NCBI RefSeq assembly: GCF_009914755.1
Contig: NC_060933.1
Strand: one strand, 5' to 3'
DNA from: the human T2T-CHM13v2.0 reference genome, Homo sapiens
DNA: 64,000 nt
The stretch's first letter is position 1; each line of letters starts with the position of its first letter. A model generated the notes under the pieces. The model worked only from the letters and a program-made list of their open reading frames with translations. It was not told the DNA's origin and did no database searches. Shown piece after piece: positions 41,291 to 57,099 of the stretch. The position numbers and the translations under genes are program-made.

Positions 41291-43117
41291 TTAGTAATCT
41301 AGTCAAAACTGAAGTCTTCCCTTAAGCTATTAGTTTTGAAAGTTGAAAACTAAATAGAAATACAACACATCAGTTTTCTGGGACTCTCTCTTCACTGCCC
41401 TATACCACTTATTTATGGACTAAAAACACAGACCACCACCAATTTGCCCTGTACAATTTTAAGATGACGCTGTTGGTGGAAACCAAGTGTTTTTACCTCC
41501 TTTTGTGCTTACACAAATTAGCAACCTACACCGAAAGTGTTTCCACCTGTGAAAATTTCTCTTCAGTTTGATCTGAAGTTCTTATTTATAGTAGCTTGTC
41601 TTCATTTTAATAATAATGATGATAACTATCATTTGCCAAGTGCCTATTATTAGCCAAGTAATGTCCCAGGCACTTTCCATGTATTATTTCTGTAAGTGAA
41701 TTTACATTAAATATTAAACATGAGATGATTGAGGCTCAGAGCTTAAATGAAGAGCCCAGGTGGGACTCTAATTCAGGTCTATTTGGCCCCCAAAACTCAT
41801 GTACATACTATGTATCCTTTCTGTGTCCCAGTTGTCTCTGGGACTCATGGAGTATTGCTTGCTGCACTTTGAGCCTGTCTGAAAGTTTCTGGAGTTCCCT
41901 CAGAAGCCCCCAGTTACAGTGTTGAAAGCTGACCTTTTTGTTTCGGGGTTTCTCTGTAGTTCATCCTATAGCAGCTGCATGGGTTTCCTATACTAGGTGT
42001 ATATGGGCTGGAGAAACAGTCCATTCCAGCCAGCCCCAGTCCAGCAGTGTGTTGTGGTACAGGGCTTGCTGTTCTGGTGGGCTTCTGGCTGGCAAACCTG
42101 TTCCAGAGAATGACTGACCATGCCACCTGAACTAGAGGCCAATTTCCACCATTTAGCAGCAGAGACCACCTCCATAGACACTTTCTTTCAGCTGTTAGGA
42201 ACAATCTTCCTTTCCTTCATGTAGTAATACTTTTTAATCATGTATTTGAGACTATAGGACTTTAAAGTGATCTTTCATTATTAACCTTGAAGTCTGGGTT
42301 TTTCTCATTTTAATGATGTTGATGTAGCTTCTGTAGGGGTAAGTAGATTCCTGTGGATTTCCTTCTGGTGCCTTGAGCTCCAGATCTGAAGCCATACTCC
42401 ACCTCCCTCATACTCCTCTACCTTTTCCAGGTTCTTTATTTTAGGTGGTGGGTTGAATCTTGTGTTTTGTTCTTTTTTTAATGACCTTGTCATAATTAAA
42501 ATTGCAAACTTTTTTTGTACAAAACTGATTTGATCTGTCCCCAGCGTGCCTTCCTAGTCTGACTTCTCTTCCATTCTTCCACACATTCCACTCTCTAACT
42601 ATACTGGAAGGTTTGCTCTGCTCCAAAACACTATGCCCTCTCCAGTCCTCTGTGCTTTTCTTCTCAAGCATTTCTTCATCCCCAGCTGGTCCTGCTTGCC
42701 TCTCTCTTTCCATCGTCCAAGCATGTACCATATCCAAACATGTGGCCATCTTCTGTCCACCCTCCTTCAGTGAAGGGATCCCCTGGCTTTGTCCTGGTCA
42801 TCCTCCATGGTGTTTGTTTCTTCTAATTAATGATGGTTGACAGTTTATATGTCTCTTTCCTTCACTAACTCCAGGGGCTTATAAAAGTCTCTTGAATGAG
42901 CAAATTCTATCAAATAAGACAGTGGCAAAGCAGAGAATAGTAAGCTTTGGAAAAAGGAGCAGGAAATGCTTTTAAAACTTTTTTGAAAATATAGTTTTAA
43001 ATTTTGATAAACATAATTTGCATTAATTTTTCTTTTTATCATAAAATATTTCTTGCCCTTAAAGCAGGTACTGAGTTTATGTGTTTTCTCTTCCTTTTTA
43101 ATTTAATGTACATCTAG

Positions 43118-43278
43118 GTGGCACAGGGTGCTTTTAAAAGGAATCCTGACCAATGGACTGGTATCTGTGTATGAGCTGGATTATGGCAAACACGAATTAG
43201 TCAACATAAGAAAAGTACAGCCCCTAGTGGACATGTTCCGAAAGCTGCCCTTCCAAGCAGTCACAGCTCAACTTGCAG
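43118..43278 (+). CDS. TDRD7: TDRD7 coding exon (probably exon 16, 161 nt); Tudor 3
   Basis: catctag|G TGG CAC...CTTGCAG|gtaatt. Encodes [24 protein letters not shown]...FQAVTAQLA. Read by hand. Confidence 0.96.
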
Positions 43279-44699
43279 GTAATTTCTGTGGAATCTGAAC
43301 TCATGCTACAACAATGCAATATTGTCATTTTATCCTGGGTACTTAGCAAGTACTGAATCATTGGCCTCTTGAGTTTAGGTATGTTGGGTTTTTGTTTTTT
43401 TGTGCTAATAATATTGCAACCATAATGGAAATAATTTTAATGATGTCTTACAGTCGTGCTCTATCATTATATCTGCTGTTTCTCTTTTCTCTACTCCTTC
43501 TGTCTCTGGTTTCAAGCATGAGTATATTTCTAAAGCTGTGATCTTAGTACAGATATAATACTGCATTCTGCTTTTCTTCATCTAGTGTTGTTTTCTAATG
43601 ACTTTCTGGGTGGTTTTATGGTTGTCCTACTTGTTTTTAATGGGTGCAAAAATTCTATCTAATCAATACTTCCCTATTGATGAACATTTTTATTGTAATA
43701 TCAAGAAAAACCCTGCATCTTTACACTAGCTAAAACGAACCAAAAAACAATGGAAACAACCTATTATAATAACCAGTAGGAGGATCATACTTTATTATTA
43801 TCGCATAAATTATAATACATCTACATAATAGAGTATTATGCAATCTTAAAACATTCCTGGGTCATGGAATATATGACCATTTTCATGACCAAGTGAGTTT
43901 CCAGTTTGCAGCACAACTAACAGCATACAAGGGAGCAATTTCACCACATTCACATCAGCCTCTTGATTGTCATTAAAATGGGAGGAACCAATTTAACAGG
44001 CATACAATGACACTTCCTTGTAATGTGGTCTAATGAGACTTCCCTTTTATCTTTTGTGAAAGCAATACAACTGTTGGTGGCTCCCCTGTGAGCACCCTAC
44101 CATTATGTAGCATGAACAGCTGGATGAAGCTCAACCCAGAGGCCTTGTAGCGTTAGCAGAGGTTTTTGAGGCCCAAAGAGTTGAGGGGTGCCTCCCTGAT
44201 CACTTTGCTGCTGCTCACAGTCCTCAGCACCTTGCCCCATATGTGGAACACAGTGACAGAAGTGATGTGATGTCAGCAATGAAAGAAATTGTGTATATAG
44301 GTTCTTCTTTTACTTATTGATCAGCTTTTATTGGAAGCCTGTGTATTGCCTTATTTTGAAATATTGCCAGCTTCTCTGTGTCTTCCTACTAGAATTCAAA
44401 GGCAAATCCTATGGTAATTGGATATAAAGCAAAAATAACACTGTCATGTAGCATGGCCACCAGTTAGTGTGGTTTAGATTCAGACCTTCTTCTTCAGATT
44501 TAATGGTTTTTTTTTTTTTTTTTTTTGTTTTCACTTTCTAATGCTCAGGTTTTCCTAACAACACATTTTGTTAAATGTGACAGTTATACTCCCCAGAGAA
44601 GGCTTCTCTGTGAAGAATGAGTGCATGGTACCATCATCCCCATCACCAGCATTGTGGCTAAGAGTTATTGGTACTTATGGTGTGCTAGGCGCTCTACCA

Positions 44700-48200
<3,501 letters not shown>

Positions 48201-49136
48201 TCTACCAACTGCTTTACTTCATTGAACTCTCCCCATGCTAGGAGGTTTAGGTACTGTTACTATAACTGTTATACACATCAGGGAATAGCAGCTTAGTGAA
48301 GTTAAATATCTTGTCCAAGATCCCACACCACAGCCTTAAACTCAGCACTCTGCCTCTTCAGTGTGTGCCTTTCTTCACTGTATACTTCCTTCTCCATGAA
48401 AAGTGTGGTTTTTGAAGTCAAAAGGCTGAGATTCAAGTCATTTAACTTCTAAACCTACCCCATGATTATTTATAAAATTACCAGTAAATTCCTATCCTGT
48501 CTATGTGACTGAACTAATATGTGGATCAGATGAAAAAGTGAATATGAAATTGCCTTTTGAACTAAAACTCATAGTCCAAATACATGAAAGTTTCTTTGTA
48601 CACTTACATCTGAAACAGCATTGCTGTTGGGTCCCATCCATGTCCTGAGTTCCTTTTCTAGGCTCACCTCTGCCAAGCCTTCTTTCTTCCTTTTGACTTG
48701 CTCCTAAGTCACAAAATCTTCCTGGGTATCACATTATCCATTTTGAAGGGAGGACCTCCATTTTATAATTAATTGAAAACATATGAACTGGAACTATTAA
48801 ACTATATGTGGCGGAGAGTATGTCTCTCTTGGGCCAACATAGGCATCCACTAGAGAGAAGCGAGGTAGACTAGAAGTTTCATGGAAGTCACTGGTTGTGA
48901 CATGGCCATTGGAGTCATCACTTTGGTAGACTTGGTTCACACCTAGCCAAGCCCTTTGACATATTTAGGAATATCTCTAGATGTAAAGGAGCTCTGTGGA
49001 ATCTAAGTGGAACCCATGGGAATGCCCTGAGTGTTTAAACTGGAATGCTTTAAGGATTCTCCAGGGACCTTGGGATTACCCCTTACTCGCTCACAAATGG
49101 GATCACTGGATGCCCACCCTTTCAAGGTTCCCAGTG

Positions 49137-50250
49137 TATTGGGGGAAATTTCAGCCAGATATCGGGTAAAATTCACCCCCGATATTTCATGTAGGTTCTT
49201 TTCTATTTTCCCTAAGTGTCGGCCGGTCTGAGAAATAAAGGGACAGAGTACAAAAGAGAGAAATTTTAAAGCTGGGTGTCCGGGGGAGACATCACATGTC
49301 CGCAAGTTCCGTGATGCCCCCTAAGCCGTAAAATCAGCAAGTTTCTATTAGTGATTTTCAAAAGGGGAGAGAGTGTACAAATAGGGTGTGGGTCGCAGAG
49401 ATCACATGCTTCACAAGGTAATAAGATATCACAAGGCAAATGGAGGCAGGGCGAGATCACAGGACCACAGGACCGGGGCGAAATTAAAAGTGCTAATGAA
49501 GTTTCGGGCACACGTTGTCATTGATAACATCTTATCAGGAGACAGGGTTTGAGAGCAGACAACTGGTCTGACCAAAATTTATTAGGTGGGAATTTCCTCG
49601 TCCTAATAAGCCTGGGAGCACTACAGGAGACTGGGGCTTATTTCATCCCTACAGCAGTGACCATAAAAGACGGCCGCACCCGAAGCGGCCATTTCAGAGG
49701 CCTACCCTCAGGGACGCATTCTCTTTCTCAGGGATGTTCCTTGCTGAGAAAAAGAATTCAGCGATATTTCTCCCATTTGCTTTTGAAAGAAGAGAAATAT
49801 GGCTCTGTTCCGCCCGGCTTACTGGCAGTCAGAGTTTAAGGTTATCTCTCTTGTTCCCTGAACATTGCTGTTATCCTGTTCTTTTTTCAAGGTGCCCAGA
49901 TTTCATATTGTTCAAACACACATGCTCTACAAACAATTTGTGCAGTTAACGCAATCATCACAGGGTCCCTGAGGTGACATACATCCTCCTCATCTTACAA
50001 AGATGATGGGATTAAGAGATTAAAGTAAAGACAGGCATAGGAAATCACAAGGGTATTGATTGGGGAAGTGATAAGTGTCCATGAAATCTTCACAATTTAT
50101 GTTCAGAGATTGCAGTAAAGACAGGCGTAAGAAATTATAAAAGTATTAATTTGGGGAACTAATAAATGTCCATGAAATTTTCACAATTTATGTTCTTCTG
50201 CCATGGCTTCAGCCGGTCCCTCCATTTGGGGTTCCTGACTTCCCACAACA
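49137..50250 (-). mobile_element. MER11 solo LTR (HERV-K11/HML-8)
   Basis: Reverse complement begins TGTTGTGGGAAGTCAGGAACCCC...GCTGAAGCCATGGCAGAAGAACATAAATTGTG. Perfect 6-bp TSD CCAGTG at 49131-49136 and 50251-50256. Confidence 0.92.
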
Positions 50251-50642
50251 CCAGTGAGTTGTTGCTTCATTACATCTGGCCTTGACCTGGGCATTCTTTG
50301 CATCAGTGCACCATGGCCATGCACAAAATTTTCTGAATCCTAGAAGAAAGGGAGCCATACTGTGGAATCATCTTTTACCTTACCAATGGGTTACCTTTTT
50401 TCTTCTTAAATAACATGGCTCAAAGATTGTCAGGGCTGCTGCAGATAAAATGAAATTTCTAGGCTTCTCTTGTGGGAAATAAATAATCAAAGAATTTAGC
50501 CCATTTGCTATATAGATAGCAAGTCTTCCAAAATTATGTCTGAAATTTCCATATCTTAATTACTTTGGGGCATAATTTACAGTTTATGTAATCCAGTATA
50601 TGTGGACTTAATTGTATTTCTTGAAATATGTATATATATATG

Positions 50643-51010
<368 letters not shown>

Positions 51011-51610
51011 TAACTTGATTTCTCATGATCTGATCCAATCAGGTTCTTTTATCATAGGTGAGATCAGCTGATTTGCCTAAGACCACACCACCCGATAGAG
51101 GAAAAGCTGGGAATAGTAACTGAGTCTGTTGACTTTCAATTCAGTGCTTTTCCCACGATGCTGTGTATAATTTTAAATAACTATACTGTAAATGAATCAT
51201 ACAATAATTCTTTTTTTTTATGATATTTGGTCCATCAGAAAAAAAATTTTTAATGAAAGAAATGTCATTTAATATGATATTGATATTTTATTCTGTTATT
51301 AGTTTAAATATGCATATACTTTATGGGGGTTGTACAGTAGTCATTATTACCTCATTTTATAATACAATGTTAAGTCTCAAATGAAACTTGTTTTTTAGTT
51401 AAAGATTTCCAGAGTGACTCCATTCAGAGTAGAAAAACTATAAGCTGGAGTGTTTTAAGATTGTTCAGTAACCGTTTTTCAGTTCAGGCAAGTCTAACCT
51501 GGGATGCTTAAGTTACTTTGGAATTGACTAAATAATTTTCCATCATAATGGATCAAAGAAAAGCTCCTTTGACTCCTCACTGCTCCCTCTTCTTCCTCTC
51601 TTCCTCCTAG

Positions 51611-51831
51611 GAGTGAAGTGCAACCAGTGGTCTGAGGAGGCTTCTATGGTGTTTCGAAATCATGTGGAGAAGAAACCTCTGGTGGCACTGGTGCAGACAG
51701 TCATTGAAAATGCTAACCCTTGGGACCGGAAAGTAGTGGTCTACTTAGTGGACACATCGTTGCCAGACACCGATACCTGGATTCATGATTTTATGTCAGA
51801 GTATCTGATAGAGCTTTCAAAAGTTAATTAA
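51611..51831 (+). CDS. TDRD7: TDRD7 terminal coding exon (probably exon 17)
   Basis: Long pyrimidine tract then ctag|GA GTG AAG. Encodes VKCNQWSEE...IELSKVN, then TAA. The 11 exons total 2442 nt, i.e. 813 aa plus stop. Confidence 0.97.
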
Positions 51832-52075
51832 TGACTGCCTCTGAAACCTTGACAACTAATTCAGATTTTTTAGCAATAACAAAATGTAGTAGGCTTAAAA
51901 AAAATCTTAACTCTGCTACATGGCTCTGACTGCTGTGGGGGATTGAAAAGAATATGCTTATGTTTGATGAAAGATATTTAACAAGTTTTGTTTTAACAGA
52001 GTTGACTTTTCAAAGAAAATTGTACTTGAATTATTACTATAATATTAGAATAAAAATGTTTATCAATATAAAAGC
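51832..52075 (+). other. TDRD7: TDRD7 3'UTR (end approximate)
   Basis: AU-rich sequence from the stop codon to about 20 nt past the AATAAA. Confidence 0.8.
52049..52054 (+). terminator. Polyadenylation signal AATAAA of TDRD7
   Basis: First canonical hexamer after the stop codon, followed by U-rich sequence. Confidence 0.8.
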
Positions 52076-53691
52076 TGACTACCTTTTAATTTCTAGGCTT
52101 CATGATCTTAAGATGAAAGCTTCCGTTTCATGTTGTCTTCCTTGCAGAGCTGGGTTCTTCTCCAGTGAAGCTGAGACTATTATGACTTAACTCTACCCTG
52201 ATGTAGTAGTGTATCTCAAAGCAAGTGATCACCAAAGCATGTGAGGACTTATCCTGAGTCTTAACACATCAGCATTTCTAGAGGAGCAGCCCAGGCAAAC
52301 CAACGTGACCCTCAACCCAAATCTTGAGTGGCTTCTCTTCTCATTGCCCACAGAGTCCAGCTAGGACCCAGGCTTTCTACAATCCTCCTACCCAACCTCC
52401 TTATCTACCACTCCCTGCCACACTGTACCTTTATTTGGTCACTGAACCCCTGCTTATTCCATTCTGTCAACCTGCATCTCATTCTCCTCCCATCATTTTT
52501 GCTTGTCAGTGTCCTGCCTGACCTCCTGGGCCAACCATGAAGCTTTCTCTGGTACCCCTTTCTACTCCATCGTACTTTGATCATGCCTCTCTTGGTGCCC
52601 ATATGTCACTGTGTTTTATAGTATATGACTAGTCTGTGCACCGATTACCCCAGCTAGATCATGGTCTCCCTGAAAGAGGGACGGGTCTTAGTCATCTCCG
52701 GTGATATACCAGTAAATGTTTGACAACTGGTTCTGTTGAGTGGGGAGCTGAGCCTTGATTTGTAGTGTCTGAAAATTCTCATATTGTAAATGGTCCCACC
52801 ATTGTTGATTTTCAGCTAATAATATGACAAGACTGAATGTGGAGTTGGGAAGAGACTCACCTAAGCAGCTCTTGAGACCGCATATGACAGGCTCTCCAGC
52901 ACACCACCGTCTGAGCATCCACAGCCGTCAGAATGGCATCTTACACACATCAGGCACTCCTTTTGTGCTTGCTAATTGATGGGCAGATAGATTGGCAGAC
53001 AGGTTATAGGCTTTAGCAGTGGTCCAAAGATGAGGTGGGGAGGCCCTGGACTAAGAGTGGAGCAATGGTGTTGAAGAAAAAGTGTTGATGACCTTGTAAA
53101 GTTTTTAATTACAATTATTAGACAGCTTAGATACAGATTGGGAAGAGTGAAGCCAAGTCTTAAGGTATGAGAGCCTAGGACCTTACTCAGATGGAGTGGG
53201 GGAGTGGGAAGCTTAAAAATTTGATTTTGAACACACTGAATTTGAGCTAATAGACTTCCATGTGAAGATATGCAGAATCTTGGAAATGTGGAATAAACTT
53301 CAGGGGCAAAAACCAGGCTGGAAATAAAAATTCTCAATGTCATTTGTTTGTTTTTATTTGAGAAAAATCCAGAAACAAATGAGAACAGAAAGAGGAAGGT
53401 AGAGACCAAATATTTGAAGTTTTTCATTTTAAACATGTCAAAATTATCTCTAGCTTTTTAAAACTCAGTATTTACAACAAGTGATTCAAAATTCAGGAGT
53501 GCTGAATGCCAGTGATTTATCACTTATGATGAAATAAAAATATCCCAACACAGAAATGTTTAAGTGAAATAAACTGGTATGTTTTTAATAATTGTTTCAT
53601 TCTCTAATAAAAAAATGGAAAAATCCTCAAATTGTCTACAGGTTAGGAAAAGGTTTCTATTTCACTGACTTTAGAAATGTTTCCATTACTT

Positions 53692-53693
<2 letters not shown>

Positions 53694-53730
<37 letters not shown>

Positions 53731-54899
53731 TTTTTTGCAAGGCAGAAGAATTTTTCTTAGTACAGAACAAAATGGAGTCTCCCATGTCTACTTCTTTCTA
53801 CACAGACACAGCAACAATCTGATTTCTCTTTCCTTTCCCCACACTTCCCCCGCTTCCACTCGACAAAACCGCCATCGTCATCATGGCCCGTTCTCAATGA
53901 GCTGCTGGGTACACTTCCCAGATGGGGTGGCGGCCGGGCAGAGGGGCCCCCCCACCTCCCAGACAGGGCGGCTGGGCAGAGGCGCCCCCCCACCTCCCTC
54001 CCGGACGGGGCGGCTGGCCGGGCGGGGGCTGCCCCCCACCTCCTGGAGGGGGCGTCTGCTGGGCGGAGACGCTCCTCACTTCCCAGATGGGGCGGCTGCC
54101 AGGCGGAGGGGCTCCTCACTTCTCAGACGGGGCGGCTGGGCAGAGACGCTCCTCACCTCCCAGACGGGGTGGTGGTCGGGCAGAGACACTCCTCAGTTTC
54201 CAGACGGGGTCGCGGCGGGGCAGAGGCGCTTCTCACATCCCAGACGGGGCAGTGGGGCAGAGGCGCTCCCCACATCTCAGACGATGGGCGGCCGGGCAGA
54301 GACGCTCCTCACTTCCTAGACGGGATGGCGGCCGGGAAGAGGCGCTCCTCACTTCCCAGACTGGGCTGCTGGGCAGAGGGGCTCCTCACATCCTAGACGA
54401 TGGGTGGCCAGGCAGAGATGCTCCTCACTTCCCAGACGGGGTGGCGGCCGGGCAGAGGCTGCAATCTCGGCACTTTGGGAGGCCAAGGCAGGCGGCTGGG
54501 AGGTGGAGGTTATAGCGAGCCGAGATCACGCCACTGCACTCCAGCCTGGGCAACATTGAGCACTGAGTGAGCGAGACTCCGTCTGCAATCCCGGCACCTC
54601 GGGAGGCCGAGGCTAGCAGATCACTCGTGGTTAGGAGCTGGAGACCAGCCCGACCAACATGGCGAAACCCCATCTCCACCAAAAAAATACGAAAACCAGT
54701 CAGGCGTGGCGGCGTGCGCCTGCAATCCCAGGCACTCGGCAGGCTGAAGCAGGAGAATCAGGCAGGGAGGTTGCAGTGAGCCGAGATGGCGGCACTACAG
54801 TCCAGCCTCCGCTGGGCATCAGAGGGAGACCGTGGAGAGAGAGGGAGAGGGAGAGGGAGACTGTGGGGAGAGGGAGAGGGGGAGGGGGAGGGGGAGGAG
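53694..54899 (-). mobile_element. SVA retrotransposon (older SVA_A/B-like), 3'-truncated
   Basis: On the minus strand: CCCTCT-type hexamer head (about 54835-54899), Alu-like domain (about 54460-54830), GC-rich VNTR (about 53915-54460), partial SINE-R (53737-53915), (AAAT)n tail. TSD TCCATTACTTTT at 53682-53693 and 54900-54911. Confidence 0.96.
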
Positions 54900-55054
54900 T
54901 CCATTACTTTTTAAAATAAAGCAATAGATTGTTTCTTGATGTAACCACAAAATTAGTGCTAAGTCAGTGTGACACAAACAAATGAAATGTGAATGAACCC
55001 TTCCTCATACCATATTCAAAAGTCAATTCCAGATGGATTGAAAACCTAAACATT

Positions 55055-55352
55055 GGCCGGGCATGGTGGCTCATGCCTGTAATCCCAGCACTTTGAGGTG
55101 GGCGGATCACTTAAGGCCAGGAGTTTGAGACCAGCCTGGGCAACGTGGCAAAACCCTGTCTTTACCAAAAAATTAGCTGGATGTGGTGGTGCACAACTGT
55201 AGTTCTAGCTATTCAGGAGGCTGAGGTGGGAGGATCACCTGAGCCTGGGAGGCAGAGGTTGTAGTGAGCCGAGATCGCGCCACTGCACTCCAGCCTGGAT
55301 GACAGAGACCCTGTCTCAAAAAAAAAAAACAAACAAACAAAAAAAAAAAACA
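55055..55352 (+). mobile_element. Alu (AluJ-like), first of a tandem pair
   Basis: Dimer with an A/AAAC tail. Confidence 0.92.
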
Positions 55353-55367
55353 AAAAACTAAACATGA

Positions 55368-55690
55368 GGCTGGGCACAGTGGCTCGCGCCTGTAATACCA
55401 GCACTTTGGGAGGCTGAGGCGGGAGGATTGCTTGAGCATAGGAGTTTCAGACCAGCCTGGGCAATATAGCAAGTCCCCTATCTCTACAAAAAACATTTTT
55501 TTAAATAGCTGGGCATGGTGGCTCATGCCTGTAATCCCAGCACTTTGAGGGGCTGATGTGGGGGTTAAGGGGTTGGCTTGAGCCCAGGAGGTTGAGGCTG
55601 CAATGAGCCGTGATCACACCACTTTACTCCAGCCTGGCCAACAAAGCGCAAGACTCTATCTCAAAAACAAAAACAAAAACAAACAAACAA
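55368..55690 (+). mobile_element. Alu (AluJ-like), second of a tandem pair
   Basis: Dimer with an (AAAAAC)n/(AAAC)n tail. Confidence 0.92.
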
Positions 55691-57099
55691 AAAACCTAAA
55701 CATGAAAGGCTAAGGTGGGAAGATAACATAGGAAGATAACTTTATAACCCAGGAACAGGAAAGAGTTCTTAAACAGGACACAGAGTGCTGCCAATAAGGG
55801 AAAAGATTGCCAGACTGTATTTAAGAACACCTGTTTATCAAAATACGTTAATAAGGTGAAAAGGCAAAAGAGTGGAATATAACTGAGGATACACACACCA
55901 TTGAATCTATTCAATACACAGGACTATCCAGAAGAAAAATGGACAATAAATCTGAACAATTCACAAAACAAATCCAACTGGCCAATAAATATGAAGTGAT
56001 ACTCAACCCATTAGGATATAGGGAAATGCAAGTTTGAACCTCAATGAGATACCATTACTCACATATCAGAATTTCTAAAGTGTTTCAATTTTTGTAACTT
56101 CAAGTGTTGTTGAAGATGGGAAACTGCACTGTACAATGGTACTATAACTTTGGAAGAGTTCAGGCTTATCTCTGCCGAAGTTGAGGTTAGGCTTTCTCTA
56201 TCACCCAGCACTTCCAACAGCAGGCTGTGCGCGTGGACAGGAGGATTCTGGCAAGGAATGTTCGCAGCAGCACTATTTGTAATAGCTAAAACCTGGAAAC
56301 AACCTAAATGCCCATTAATAGTCAAATGGATTTTTTTTAAACTGTGGCATATTCATACAGTGAAAAACTACAGCTGCATAAAACCACAGATTAACAACAG
56401 ATTTGAACAAATGAAGACATACTACAGAGGGAAGAAAAAAAACAAGGACATGATCACCGTAAGGGTCAAGAAAGTGATCATCTTTAGAAGGGAGTTGGGA
56501 CCCAGGAGGGACAGGTTGGCTTCTGGGCTGTAGGCAATGTTCTCTGAGTGACTGGTTGCACAGGTGTTCACGTTGTAAAAAGTCATGAAGCTGCACATTT
56601 ATTTTGTTTACACATACAACATAACTTATGTTGTATGTTCTTATATGTTCGATTCACAACAAAAATGTTTTAAAATAATCTGAAATATTAGATCACTGCT
56701 TATTTTTAAATGTATGGCATATACCCCTTGAAAAGAGCGTTCTCATTGTGAGGACTTTAGAGAAATTCATTTTCTTGAGAAACAAAATTTGGTTAATGAG
56801 TGTTTCTCATTAATAATCTATACATCAGGATTAAGAGCTGATTTTATTAAGGTCTACCCTACCAAAAGCTTTCCCATAATAATCCAAAATAAGACGTTTT
56901 CCTATTTCTATATAAATTCCTTTGCATGAGACATTTGTTTATTAAAACACTTAAAATTGTATTTGGAATAAACCACCTAAAGTGGTTTGTTCTGAAAAAA
57001 AAAAAAAAAAAAAAAGCCTTTTAAGAACTTGGGTCTTTTTGTTGTGGTCATTTAAAATCAGTATTTTAGACACTCCACTCGCTCTCAGTGTAGAGAGAA

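Larger units (their letters stand above)
54985..56680 (+). mobile_element. Old L1 (L1ME-like) 3' region interrupted by two Alus
   Basis: ccttcctcataccatattcaaaagtcaattccagatggatt...cagcactatttgtaatagctaaaacctggaaacaacctaaatgccc. Confidence 0.75.

Noticed and set aside
53915-54460. Regularly spaced 35-50 nt repeats resembling a CRISPR array
   Set aside because: Tandem SVA VNTR units with no unique spacers, in a eukaryotic context.
53735-54919. Overlapping ORFs of up to about 200 aa (Gly/Arg/Pro-rich, AETLLTSQ repeats)
   Set aside because: These are translations of the SVA VNTR and Alu-like domains.
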